From Myxococcota bacterium (GTDB lineage: Bacteria > Myxococcota_A > UBA9160 > UBA4427), in contig JASMLK010000144.1 of the NCBI GenBank assembly GCA_030748735.1, positions 47,383 through 111,382 of the forward strand: a stretch of 64,000 nucleotides of DNA. Reading direction: 5' to 3'. The notes beneath the pieces were generated by a model, which made no database searches, was not told the origin of the DNA, and worked only from the letters and a program-made list of their open reading frames with translations. The translations under genes and the position numbers were made by a program. This document shows positions 1-11,351 of this stretch, piece after piece. How positions within the stretch are numbered: the stretch's first letter is position 1; every line of letters begins with the position of its first letter.

Positions 1-24
1 GCTCGCGATCGTGTTCGCGGCATT

Positions 25-76
25 CCTGCTGTTGCCGATCCAGGCGCAGGCCTGCTGTTGCCGATCCAGGCGCAGG
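25..76. repeat. Exact 26-bp tandem duplication (cctgctgttgccgatccaggcgcagg x2)
   Basis: Copies at 25-50 and 51-76 read directly. The duplication lies in a signal-peptide-like + strand frame (LAIVFAAFLLLPIQAQA) and shifts it. Confidence 0.9.
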
Positions 77-138
77 CGTTGGACGAGCGAGACGTGTTCG
101 TCGTGTTCAACGGGAGGACCTCGCCGGTGTCGCGCTCC

Positions 139-159
139 GCTTCATGAATAATCCGGGTT
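139..159. repeat. Solo copy of the MITE-like terminal inverted repeat (gcttcatgaataatccgggtt)
   Basis: 21-bp identity to 20599-20619. Confidence 0.8.
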
Positions 160-603
160 GATCGGCGTTGAGGTCGGCATCCGGGCGGAGCGTAGCTGCG
201 CTCCGTGCGAAGCGGGTCGCCCAATCGATTGCGGTCGAGGAGCGTCGCAAAGACCTTCTTGGTGATCGCGGCGATCGGGCGTCTGGCCCGATCGCTGAGC
301 GCGGCCTGCGCGGCGACGTTCTGGCCGCGGAGCATAAGGTTGAGCGTGCCGCGAACTTAACTGCGCAGCCGCTCCAATAGCCGGTAGATGCCTGCAATCT
401 GGTTGGTTCCGCGGGGCGACATCGTGTTCCGAACGAGAGTCGACCCACGAATCAGCGGATAGGCCGTTGGGGGCGTGCGGCTTGCTGCGCGTTGGCGGCG
501 ATTTGGGCTCGTGGTGCTTACGCAGCGCTTACGTGACCGAATCTGCTTCCATGTCGGCAATGGAGCGCTCCACTCCAACTACTCGAATTGGGGAAGAATT
601 CGG

Positions 604-679
604 TGGTGGCCCGGACTGGAATTGAACCAGTGACACCGCGATTTTCAGTCGCGTGCTCTACCAACTGAGCTACCAGGCC
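604..679 (-). tRNA. tRNA-Phe (GAA)
   Basis: Reverse complement GGCCTGGTAGCTCAGTTGGTAGAGCACGCGACTGAAAATCGCGGTGTCACTGGTTCAATTCCAGTCCGGGCCACCA: 76 nt cloverleaf, GAA anticodon, GGTTCAATTCC T-arm, encoded CCA. Confidence 0.98.
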
Positions 680-757
680 ACCGAGGCGCGGACTCTAGCC
701 ATTCCGTCGTGGAGGGTCTAGGAGGCGCGAGTGGTTCCGTGCGCGTCGTATGACGAT

Positions 758-1576
758 TCAGGCGGGGTCCCCGCCGCCCCCTTCGGCCGTTGCATCCGCG
801 TTGCCGCCCCCGCTGCCGTCGCCCGGCGCGAGGCTCCCGCTTTCGAGGGTGGCGCGCTCGAGGATCACGTTTTCGAGGGGCTTGTCTTTGTCGCCCCAGC
901 GGCCATGTCGGTCGGTTTCGACGGTCGTGATGGCGTCGACGACGTCCATGCCCGAAAGCACCCGGCCGAAGGCGGTGTACTTGCCGTCGAGGTGGTGGTT
1001 GTCCTGGTGAACGATGAAGAACTGGCTCTCGGCCGAGCCCGGGCGCCCGCGGTTGGCGAGGGAAACGACGCCGCGGTCGTGGTGGATCGAACGGAATTCG
1101 TCTTCGACCGAGAGATCGCCCCAATTGCCGCGGGTGGTTCCGGGGCCGCGCTTGCGGGTCGCGGGGTCGCCTCCCTGGATCATGAAGTCGGGGATCACGC
1201 GGTGGAACAAGGTGTCGTCGTAGACGCCCCGTACCACGCAGTCGACGAAGTGGGCCACGGTCTTGGAAGCGACCTGGTCGTAGAGGGCGATGCGAATCGA
1301 TCCGCGATCCGCGATTTCGAGGACGACCACATGGCTCGGTGCTGCGGGCCATTCGAACGCGGCGACTTCGGCTTCGTAGTTCGTGCTGCGTTCGATGGTG
1401 GGACGCAGGGGGGCGCGGCGCTCCTGCGAGTCACAGGCCGCGAGCAGCGCAGCACTCGAGAGAACGCCGGCCCAGAGCACGAGGGAATGGCCGCCCAATC
1501 GCCACCGGCGCCCGTGGCTCCGGCCTTCGGTCGCGACGCGAAAGCTCGCGATTTCCTGTGATACGGTCGGGCGCAT
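758..1576 (-). CDS. Cyclophilin-type peptidyl-prolyl cis-trans isomerase, probable lipoprotein (true start probably downstream)
   Basis: FHRVIPDFMIQGGDP, SQFFI and HLDGKYTAFGRV motifs; LLAAC lipobox. Confidence 0.92.
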   Translation of the reverse strand: MRPTVSQEIASFRVATEGRSHGRRWRLGGHSLVLWAGVLSSAALLAACDSQERRAPLRPTIERSTNYEAEVAAFEWPAAPSHVVVLEIADRGSIRIALYDQVASKTVAHFVDCVVRGVYDDTLFHRVIPDFMIQGGDPATRKRGPGTTRGNWGDLSVEDEFRSIHHDRGVVSLANRGRPGSAESQFFIVHQDNHHLDGKYTAFGRVLSGMDVVDAITTVETDRHGRWGDKDKPLENVILERATLESGSLAPGDGSGGGNADATAEGGGGDPA

Positions 1577-1718
1577 GACTCCTTTCTCCCGATTCGAATC
1601 TCGCGGTTTGAGGTTCAGTTTGTGGCGCGCGCTTGCTGCCTCGTGTTGTCCGATTCATCGGCGAGATGGCCGCGAATTTTCACTGCTTCGAAGCGAAGTG
1701 TCATTCGATCGGGCCGCA

Positions 1719-3437
1719 ATGCGCGCGGCGCTGGTGCTGCTGGCCCTGCTCCTGTTGCCCGCCCCCCACGCACGCGCCGCCAGCAAGGCACCCCAGCAGG
1801 CCAGGCAGGGGATGGTGGTGACGTCGCAGGTCGACGCCGCGCGGGCGGGTCGCGCCATGCTGGCGAAGGGGGGCAACGCAGTCGACGCCGCGGTCGCGAC
1901 CGCGTTCGCGCTTTCGGTCACCCAGCCTTTCTCTTCGGGTCTCGGGGGCGGCGCCTTCGTGCTGATCCGCACGGCGGACGGGGAGACCATTGCCCTCGAC
2001 GCGCGCGAAACGGCGCCCGCCAAAGCCCATCGCGACATGTATGTAGAAGAAGGAGTTCCCGAGCGGGCTTCCGTGCACGGCCCGCTCGCAATCGCGACGC
2101 CCGGGCTGGTGCGGGGCCTCGTGCTTGCGCTCGAGCGTTGGGGAACGCTTCCGCTGGCGACGGTGATGCAACCGGCGATCCAGCTCGCCGAAGCTGGCTT
2201 CGCGATCGGCCCCTACCACGCCAAGATGGTGGGGCGGGTCCGCAACTTCCTGCCCGCCGACCGCTTCCCCGAAACGGCGCGCATCCAGTGGGGCGAGAAC
2301 GAGACCCTCGAAGTTGGCTGGACGCTCGTGCAGGAAGACCTCGGCGCAACGCTTCGCGCGATCGCCGAAGAGGGCCCCGAAGTCTTCTACACCGGCCGCA
2401 TCGCGAAGCAGCTCGTCGAACACGTGGAGGGGCAGGGGGGCATCCTCGGTCTCGACGACCTCGCGGGTTATCGCCCGGTCGTTCGCGAAGCCGTAACGGG
2501 GAGCTACCGCGACGTCGACGTGATCAGCTATCCGCCGCCTTCTTCGGGAGGCGCAGTCTTGATCGAGGTGCTGAACATCCTCGAAGGGTTCGACCTCGCG
2601 AAGCTCGGTGCGGGGAGTTCCGCGAGCGTTCACCTCATCGCCGAAGCGATGAAGCTCGCCTTCGCCGATCGCGCGGCGCACATGGGCGATGCGGACTTCG
2701 TCGACGTCCCGATCGAGGAGCTGGTTTCGAAGGACTACGCCGCGCGCCAGCGCGCACGCATCAACCCGCCCTGGTTCAAGCGCGCACCGACTACGTGGGG
2801 CAAACGCGAGACCGCCATTCGCGTGAAGGGGCCGGGTCTTCCGCAAGACGATTCGGGGACCGCGCACCTGTCGGTCGTCGACGCCGCGGGCAATACGGTC
2901 GCGATCACCAAGACGATCAACACGCCTTTCGGTTCGGGGATCACGGTGCCGGGCACCGGCGTGGTGATGAACAACGAAATGGACGACTTCGCGGTCGCTC
3001 CCGATACGCCCAACGCCTACGGGCTCGTCGATACCACGGGCGCCAACGCGATCGTGCCCTTCAAACGTCCGCTTTCGAGTATGACCCCCACCATCCTGGT
3101 GAAGGGCGGAAAGCCCGTGATGGTGACGGGGAGCCCGGGCGGCCCGCGCATCATCACCACGACGTTGCTCACCGTGTTGAACGTGATCGACTTCGGGATG
3201 AACGTGCAGGAAGCCGTCGCGGCCCCCCGCTTCCACCATCAGTGGATTCCCGACAAGCTCTTCCTCGAGCCCGAGTACCCGCGCGACGTCGTCGAGGCTC
3301 TCGAAGCGCGCGGACACACGGTCGATGTTTCGGGGCGCCGCTGGTCTTCGGCGCAGAGCATCGTGATCGACCCCGACACCGGTCTGATGACGGGGGGCAG
3401 CGATCCGCGCGCAGACGGTGAGGCGGTGGGGTACTGA
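1719..3437 (+). CDS. ggt: Gamma-glutamyltransferase
   Basis: Signal peptide; GGNAVDAAVA, SGLGGG, DARETAP, catalytic T in GTAHLSVVD, NNEMDDF, RPLSSMTP, GSPGG, DPR. Confidence 0.95.
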   Translation: MRAALVLLALLLLPAPHARAASKAPQQARQGMVVTSQVDAARAGRAMLAKGGNAVDAAVATAFALSVTQPFSSGLGGGAFVLIRTADGETIALDARETAPAKAHRDMYVEEGVPERASVHGPLAIATPGLVRGLVLALERWGTLPLATVMQPAIQLAEAGFAIGPYHAKMVGRVRNFLPADRFPETARIQWGENETLEVGWTLVQEDLGATLRAIAEEGPEVFYTGRIAKQLVEHVEGQGGILGLDDLAGYRPVVREAVTGSYRDVDVISYPPPSSGGAVLIEVLNILEGFDLAKLGAGSSASVHLIAEAMKLAFADRAAHMGDADFVDVPIEELVSKDYAARQRARINPPWFKRAPTTWGKRETAIRVKGPGLPQDDSGTAHLSVVDAAGNTVAITKTINTPFGSGITVPGTGVVMNNEMDDFAVAPDTPNAYGLVDTTGANAIVPFKRPLSSMTPTILVKGGKPVMVTGSPGGPRIITTTLLTVLNVIDFGMNVQEAVAAPRFHHQWIPDKLFLEPEYPRDVVEALEARGHTVDVSGRRWSSAQSIVIDPDTGLMTGGSDPRADGEAVGY

Positions 3438-3452
3438 CAGCAGGCGTCCCGC

Positions 3453-6083
3453 TCAGGGTGCGACGACCGCCTCGGTGTAGGCGTCGAGCTTGATGATCCG
3501 GCGCGCGACCCGCATGACGTCTTCGCGCGTCACCTCCGCAACCTTTTCGCCGAAGTGGAGGTTCGCGCCGGCGCCCAGGCCGTAGACCGCGTCGAGGGCC
3601 AGATGCGCGGCGTGCCCCGAGTTGCGCTGCTGGCTGATCGCGTGGTTGCCGATCAGGTTGCGACGCGCCTGCTCGAATTCGCGTTCGTCAGGCGGCGAGT
3701 CGAGCAGTCGGGTCAACTCGGCCAGCATGCCGGTTCGCGCGGCTTCGAGTTTTTCGGGAGCCGTCGCGATGTAGACGATGAAGTAGCCGGGCGCGTAACC
3801 CTCGACGCTCATGGCGCTCACGCTGTAGGCAAGGCTCTGCTTGTCGCGCAGTTCCAGAAACAACCGGCCGCTCTGTCCGGCCAGCAGCTGGCAGATCACG
3901 TCGAGGGCGGGGCGGTCGTCGTCGCCGACGCTCAGCCCGCGAAAGCCCATCACCAGATGCGCCTGCGCACGATCCTTGTGGAGTGCGCTGGTGCGAATCG
4001 AATGCGGGGCCGCTTCGAGGGCGGGAAGCTCGTCTCGTAAGCGCGCGCCCTCGGGCAGCGCGGCGAGTCGTTGGGAAATGCCCGCCGCGATGGCGTCGGG
4101 ATCGACGTCTCCCGCCACCCCGATGGCGAGGTTCTTCGAACCGATCAAGCGCGCCTGATGGGCGCGCAGGGTGGCTTCGTCGAACGAGGCCACGGTCTCG
4201 CGCGTGCCGATCATCGGCAAACGATAGGGATGTTTTTCGAAATGCGTTCGCGCAAACAACGCGAAGGCCTGCGATGCCAACTGGTCTTCGAGGCGTTCGA
4301 TCGTGGCCAGGGTTTCGCGCCGCTGCTTTTCGACTTCTTCGGCATCGAAGCCGGGGGCGAGCAGCACTTCGGCGAACAAGTCGAGTGCGGGTTCGAGTTG
4401 ATCCGTCGCAACGTCGAGGGTGAGCCCGAGACTGCTTCTCCCGCTGAAGCCCTCGACCTCGGACGCGATGTCTTCGACTGCTCGCGCGAACGCACCGGCC
4501 GTCAGTCGCTCGGTACCGCGCGTCCAGGTCGACGACAAGAAGTGACACAGGCCCGCGGTTTCAGTCGTCTGCGCGAGGAGTCCACCGAGGAACGCCGCAC
4601 GCACGGCCATCACAGGTGCGTTCCTGCGCGGATGCACGTGTAGCTCTGTCCCGCCATCGAGCACGTAGCTCTCGATGCTGTCGTTCTTCGCGGCACGTCG
4701 CTTCGCCGACTTCGTGCGCGCACGCGCTTTGCCGCCCAGGCGCTTCGGTGTGGGGGCAGTCGCATGGGCGTCGGCGATGCCGCCACGGATCGCGCGTTCG
4801 AGGCTGCGCCGCGTGACCTTCACCCCGGAAGCCTTCGGGAGCAGCACGCCAGCGGTGAGTGCTTCGGGCGTGAGGTATTTGCGTGCTACGCGCTGAAGGT
4901 CGTGGACCGTGGCGGCACGAAGAAGTTCGAAATAGCGCTCTTCACTGCGCCAGTCGCCGCCGAGCAGGTGGAAGTTGCCGAGCTTGCTCGCCAGCCCCGA
5001 CGCCGTTTCTCGTTCGAAGTGCTCGCTCGCGAGAAAGTTGGCGCGGGCGCGGTCGAGTTCGTCCTGGCCGACCGGCTCGCTGCGAAGCCGTTCGACTTCG
5101 CGCATGCACGCGCGAACGACGTCGTGGGCCTTCGTGTCTTCGGCGTCGATGTTGATCGAAAAGACCCCTGGGTCGACCGGCGTATAGGAAGAAGAATCGA
5201 TCCGATCGGCGAGCCCTTCGTGTTCGCGCACGCGGCGCACGAGGCGGCTCGACTCTGCTTCGCCAAAGAGGAAGGACAGCAGGTCGAGGTGGGTGGCGTC
5301 ATCGTCGCGAAAGGCAGCGCTCGGCCAGGTGAGGTCGAGCTTCATGCGTTCGAAGGGGCGCTTCACGATCACGCTGCGCCATTCCTTCTGACGCGGTTCG
5401 CGCACGCGCTTGCGTGTCGCCGAACCGGGTGCTGCATCTTTGAAGTGCTTCTTGATCTGGCGCGCGAGTCGCTTCGCGTCGAAGTCACCGGCGGCCACGA
5501 CCACCATGTTGTTGGGCGTGTACCAACGCTTCCAGAAGTTCGTGACCTTCCTGCGGTCGAAGCTCGCAACACTCTCGGCCGGGCCGAGGATCGGCAGGCC
5601 ATAGCGGTGCTTGTGGTAGTGCTCGCGAAAGACCGCGTCGCTCAGCACGTGCGCTGGCGAATCCTGACTGCGGCGGATCTCCTCGAGCACGACCTCGATC
5701 TCGCGATCGATCTCGACCGGGTCGAAGGTCGAATGCCGAACGGCGTCGACCAGCACGTCGAGGCCCGTTTCGATCGCATCGCTGGGGATCGTGGCGTAGT
5801 AGACGGTGACGTCGAACGATGTATAGGCGTTGATGCGACCACCGGCGCCTTCGATTTCGCCCGCCACCTCGCCGACGCCGCGACGCTCGGTGCCCTTGAA
5901 GAGCATGTGCTCGTGGAAGTGCGCGAGCCCGGCTTCGTGTTTGCGCTCGTCGGCGCTGCCCACGTTCGCCCAGATCTGGACGTCCGCGACAGGAGCCGCG
6001 TGACTTTCGCGGAACAACAGCGTGAGGCCGTTCGGGAGAACTTCGTGATGTACTTTTTCGGAAACGGCTCCGCGCCTGGACAT
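3453..6083 (-). CDS. M16 (pitrilysin/insulinase) family zinc protease, fused four-domain form
   Basis: Inverted zincin HxxEH (AHFHEHMLFKGT), NAYTS, second degenerate M16 half, RLFLELRDKQSLAY. Confidence 0.93.
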   Translation of the reverse strand: MSRRGAVSEKVHHEVLPNGLTLLFRESHAAPVADVQIWANVGSADERKHEAGLAHFHEHMLFKGTERRGVGEVAGEIEGAGGRINAYTSFDVTVYYATIPSDAIETGLDVLVDAVRHSTFDPVEIDREIEVVLEEIRRSQDSPAHVLSDAVFREHYHKHRYGLPILGPAESVASFDRRKVTNFWKRWYTPNNMVVVAAGDFDAKRLARQIKKHFKDAAPGSATRKRVREPRQKEWRSVIVKRPFERMKLDLTWPSAAFRDDDATHLDLLSFLFGEAESSRLVRRVREHEGLADRIDSSSYTPVDPGVFSINIDAEDTKAHDVVRACMREVERLRSEPVGQDELDRARANFLASEHFERETASGLASKLGNFHLLGGDWRSEERYFELLRAATVHDLQRVARKYLTPEALTAGVLLPKASGVKVTRRSLERAIRGGIADAHATAPTPKRLGGKARARTKSAKRRAAKNDSIESYVLDGGTELHVHPRRNAPVMAVRAAFLGGLLAQTTETAGLCHFLSSTWTRGTERLTAGAFARAVEDIASEVEGFSGRSSLGLTLDVATDQLEPALDLFAEVLLAPGFDAEEVEKQRRETLATIERLEDQLASQAFALFARTHFEKHPYRLPMIGTRETVASFDEATLRAHQARLIGSKNLAIGVAGDVDPDAIAAGISQRLAALPEGARLRDELPALEAAPHSIRTSALHKDRAQAHLVMGFRGLSVGDDDRPALDVICQLLAGQSGRLFLELRDKQSLAYSVSAMSVEGYAPGYFIVYIATAPEKLEAARTGMLAELTRLLDSPPDEREFEQARRNLIGNHAISQQRNSGHAAHLALDAVYGLGAGANLHFGEKVAEVTREDVMRVARRIIKLDAYTEAVVAP

Positions 6084-6164
6084 GGCGCGCGACACTAACC
6101 GACGGACCTCCCGGATGCTGCTTCTTTCTATACGTGCGAGAACACGGAAAGCGACGGGTTTGCT

Positions 6165-7349
6165 GTGAGTACGACCGCGTTGCCAACCGTTGGGCTCTAT
6201 GTCCACATCCCGTTCTGCGAGCGGGTCTGCCCCTACTGCGACTTCGCCGTCGTGGCGGTGCGCAAGGTCGAACCCGAACTCGAAGCGCGCTACGTGGCCG
6301 CGCTGATTCGCGAGATCGAGTCACGAGCGGTCGAATTCGAAGGAGCGCAGCTCGACACCGTCTACTTCGGCGGCGGCACCCCTTCGCTGTTTCGCCCCGA
6401 GGCGCTGGCGAAGATCCTCGAAGCAGCGACGCGGGCCTTCGCGGCCAGCACGCCGCCTCGCGAAATCACCCTCGAGGTCAATCCCAGCACGGTCGAACGC
6501 GACCGGCTGCCAGCGTTTCGCAGCAGCGGGATCGATCGCATCTCGCTCGGGGTCCAGAGCTTCGACGACGCGACGCTCAAGCGTCTCGGTCGCGCCCACA
6601 AGGCGCACGAAGCACGGCAGACCTTCACGGCCGCACGGCAAGCGGGCTTCGGCAACGTTTCCCTCGACCTGATCCTGGCCTGTCCGCACCAGGGCTTCGA
6701 CGCTTTCGCGCGCGACCTCGAAGAGGCGCTCGCCCTCGAACCCGAGCACCTTTCCCTCTACGAACTCACGATCGAAGCCGGGACCCCGTTCGAGTTCGCG
6801 GCCTCGCGCGACCAGCTCGCGCCCCCCGACGACGAAGTCGCCACCCGCATGCTCGAACACACCGCCGCCCGCAGTGCTGGGGCGGGTTTCGAGCGATACG
6901 AAATTTCGAACTACGCGCGACCGGGTTTCGCCTCCCTCCACAACCAACGCTACTGGGCGCGCGAGGCCGTGCTCGGGGTCGGAACGGGGGCGTGGTCGTA
7001 CGAGGCACCCGGAGCGCGCTTCCGCTTCGGGGCCCGCCGCATGAACCCGCGAGACCTCGGCGCCTATTTCGCCGCCGTCGGTGCGGGGGGGGACGAGGGT
7101 GTCGAGAGCGAGGTGCTCACCCTCGAGCAGGCGCGAGGCGAGGCGATCTTCCTCTCGCTGCGGCGTCGCACCGGCGTCGATGCACGGGCCTTCGAGGCGG
7201 AGTTTGGTGGTAGGCCCCGAAAATTCTACGACGAGCAGATCGACCGTCTCATGGCCGCCGGACTTCTGGCCGAAACGGAATCCGGAGATCTCCGGTTGAG
7301 CGACCGGGGCCTTCTCCTTTCCGACACCGTGTTCGCCGATTTTGTATGA
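6165..7349 (+). CDS. hemW: Radical SAM heme chaperone HemW (HemN-like)
   Basis: LYVHIPFCERVCPYCDF (CxxxCxxC), YFGGGTPS, YEISNYA, HNQRYW; directly upstream of hrcA. Confidence 0.92.
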   Translation: MSTTALPTVGLYVHIPFCERVCPYCDFAVVAVRKVEPELEARYVAALIREIESRAVEFEGAQLDTVYFGGGTPSLFRPEALAKILEAATRAFAASTPPREITLEVNPSTVERDRLPAFRSSGIDRISLGVQSFDDATLKRLGRAHKAHEARQTFTAARQAGFGNVSLDLILACPHQGFDAFARDLEEALALEPEHLSLYELTIEAGTPFEFAASRDQLAPPDDEVATRMLEHTAARSAGAGFERYEISNYARPGFASLHNQRYWAREAVLGVGTGAWSYEAPGARFRFGARRMNPRDLGAYFAAVGAGGDEGVESEVLTLEQARGEAIFLSLRRRTGVDARAFEAEFGGRPRKFYDEQIDRLMAAGLLAETESGDLRLSDRGLLLSDTVFADFV

Positions 7350-7380
7350 TTTTTCGGCATGACTCACACGGAGACGCATC

Positions 7381-8502
7381 TTGTCACCTGATCCGTCGCA
7401 CACCATCGACGACTGGGGAATCGACCTGCTGAACGATCGGCAGGCGAGGGTGATGCGTGCGGTCGTGGGTGCCTACGTGGGCGCGGCGGCGCCGGTCGGG
7501 TCGAAGACCATTGCGAACCTGCTTTCGACGCGGCTTTCGAGCGCGAGCATTCGCAACACGATGAGCGAACTCAGCGAACTGGGGTTGATCGAAAAGCCCC
7601 ATTCGTCGGCGGGTCGCGTGCCCACGGAAGCGGGCCTTCGGCTGTTCGTCGATCACCTGCTGACTCCGCGCGAGGTCGCTCCCGAACAACAGCGACGCCT
7701 GCGACACGACTTCCAGGAAGCCGACCTCGGTGGCGCGATGAAGGTCGTATCGCGCTTCCTCTCCGACAACACGCAGCAACTCGGGTTCGTCTTGCTGCCG
7801 AGCCTCGACCGGGTGCGCTTGCGGCACATCTCGCTGATCCGCCTGTCGGTGGATCGCGTGATGGTCGTGCTGGTCACCGAGTCGGGTCGCACCTTCCACC
7901 GCGAATTGGAAGACCGCGAATGCGGCCCGCAGCGCGAACTCGATCGCATCGCGCCGGTGCTCAATGAACGCATCGTGGGCCGTACTCTGGCAGAGGTACG
8001 AGAAGCGATGGCACACGATGCCACGCGCCTGCGCGCCCAGGCGGGAAGCCTGCTCGCGCGCGCCGTGCTGATCGGCCAGCGCTCGCTGGAAGCAGCACCC
8101 GAACTCGACGAAGCGAGCGGGCTCGTCGTCGCCACCCGCCTCGCCCTGCTCGATCAACCCGAATTCCACGACACCGCGCGCCTGCGCGACCTGTTCGCGG
8201 CGATGGAAGACAACGAGAAGCTCGCCGCATTGCTCGAGGGCCTGCTCGAAGCCCAGGGGGTCAATGTCTCGCTGGGCGACCAGCTCGCCGAACCCGGGCT
8301 GCAGCACTGTGCGCTGGTCTCGTCCCCCTACGGTTTCGGCCGCGGGGCTTGCGATCTCGAAGCCGGTGCTCAGGGTCTCGTCGGTGTGATCGGGCCAAGT
8401 CGCATGGACTATCCCCGCGTCATCCCGCTGGTGGACCTGTGCTCTCGACTGGTGGCGGAAAAATTCAACGAGAACGCATTTCTTGAAGAGAATCCCGCCT
8501 GA
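7381..8502 (+). CDS. hrcA: Heat-inducible transcription repressor HrcA
   Basis: PVGSKTI, SSASIRNTM, PHSSAGRVPT, GVIGPSRMDY motifs. Confidence 0.95.
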   Translation: MSPDPSHTIDDWGIDLLNDRQARVMRAVVGAYVGAAAPVGSKTIANLLSTRLSSASIRNTMSELSELGLIEKPHSSAGRVPTEAGLRLFVDHLLTPREVAPEQQRRLRHDFQEADLGGAMKVVSRFLSDNTQQLGFVLLPSLDRVRLRHISLIRLSVDRVMVVLVTESGRTFHRELEDRECGPQRELDRIAPVLNERIVGRTLAEVREAMAHDATRLRAQAGSLLARAVLIGQRSLEAAPELDEASGLVVATRLALLDQPEFHDTARLRDLFAAMEDNEKLAALLEGLLEAQGVNVSLGDQLAEPGLQHCALVSSPYGFGRGACDLEAGAQGLVGVIGPSRMDYPRVIPLVDLCSRLVAEKFNENAFLEENPA

Positions 8503-8543
8503 GCGGCCTTGAAGAAACAACGGAAGAAACCGAAGAAAGAGAA

Positions 8544-9257
8544 ATGAGCGATCCCAACAAGCCCATCGATCCCGACGACGAAGGCCTCGAGAGCATCCCG
8601 GCCAGTGACGAACTCGAAGCTGCCCTGCGTGAAGCCGAGCAGGCTGTCGATGAACGGCAGCAGGAGCGCGCGAGCGCCCAGGACCCGCCCGGCGCGGTTA
8701 ACGCGGATAGCGCGGACAAAATGACGATCGAGCTGCTTTCGCAGGAACTCCAAAACCTCAAGGCCGAGCACGAAGCCACGCTCGAAAAGGTTGGCGAGGA
8801 AAGCGACAAGTTCCTCCGCCTGCAGGCCGAGTTCGAGAACTTCCGCCGGCGTACCCTCAAAGAGAAGCAAGACAACTTCAAGTACGGGCATCAGAATCTC
8901 GTCAAGGATCTCCTTTCGACCGTCGATAATCTGGAGCGAGCTGTCGCACACGGTGAGGAGAACAAGGACGGGGATTTCCAGAGTCTTTTGCAGGGTGTCG
9001 AACTCGTGCAGAAAGAGCTTCTGGGTGGTCTGGCCAAGCACGGCATGGAGAAGATCGAGGCGGCTGGCATGCCCTTCGATCCGGAATTCCACGAAGCGAT
9101 GGCCCAGGTCCCGAGTGCCGATGTTCCGCCCAACACCGTGATCGACGTGCTCCAGACGGGTTACATGATCCGCGACCGCATGTTGCGTCCAGCACGGGTC
9201 GTGGTTTCGAAGGCCGCCGAAGAGTCACAGGGCGAGACGGCGGGAACGGATCAGTAG
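8544..9257 (+). CDS. grpE: Nucleotide exchange factor GrpE
   Basis: LRLQAEFENFRRR, DNLERA, FDPEFHEA, GYMIRDRMLRPARVVV. Confidence 0.97.
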   Translation: MSDPNKPIDPDDEGLESIPASDELEAALREAEQAVDERQQERASAQDPPGAVNADSADKMTIELLSQELQNLKAEHEATLEKVGEESDKFLRLQAEFENFRRRTLKEKQDNFKYGHQNLVKDLLSTVDNLERAVAHGEENKDGDFQSLLQGVELVQKELLGGLAKHGMEKIEAAGMPFDPEFHEAMAQVPSADVPPNTVIDVLQTGYMIRDRMLRPARVVVSKAAEESQGETAGTDQ

Positions 9258-9302
9258 GGCTCGGAGACGCGACGTCGCATCTTCGAGAATCTCGGAGGCG
9301 CG

Positions 9303-11138
<1,836 letters not shown>

Positions 11139-11351
11139 TCGAATAGTCGCCTCACCGGGCGTTTTTCACCTTCTCGTCTTGCGCCCGTCCCCGCCGTGCC
11201 TAGTGTCTGCCGCCATCTCGCGTGCGGCTGGACGGCAGCGGTCGAGCCCGCCCCCTCGAATCCCCCCGATTCGAAAATGTTCGAGATTCCGAAGAGTTAG
11301 GGCAGGCGCGCGGCCGCTTCGTGGCCGCGGGGCGAAAGGGTTCGGGAAACC

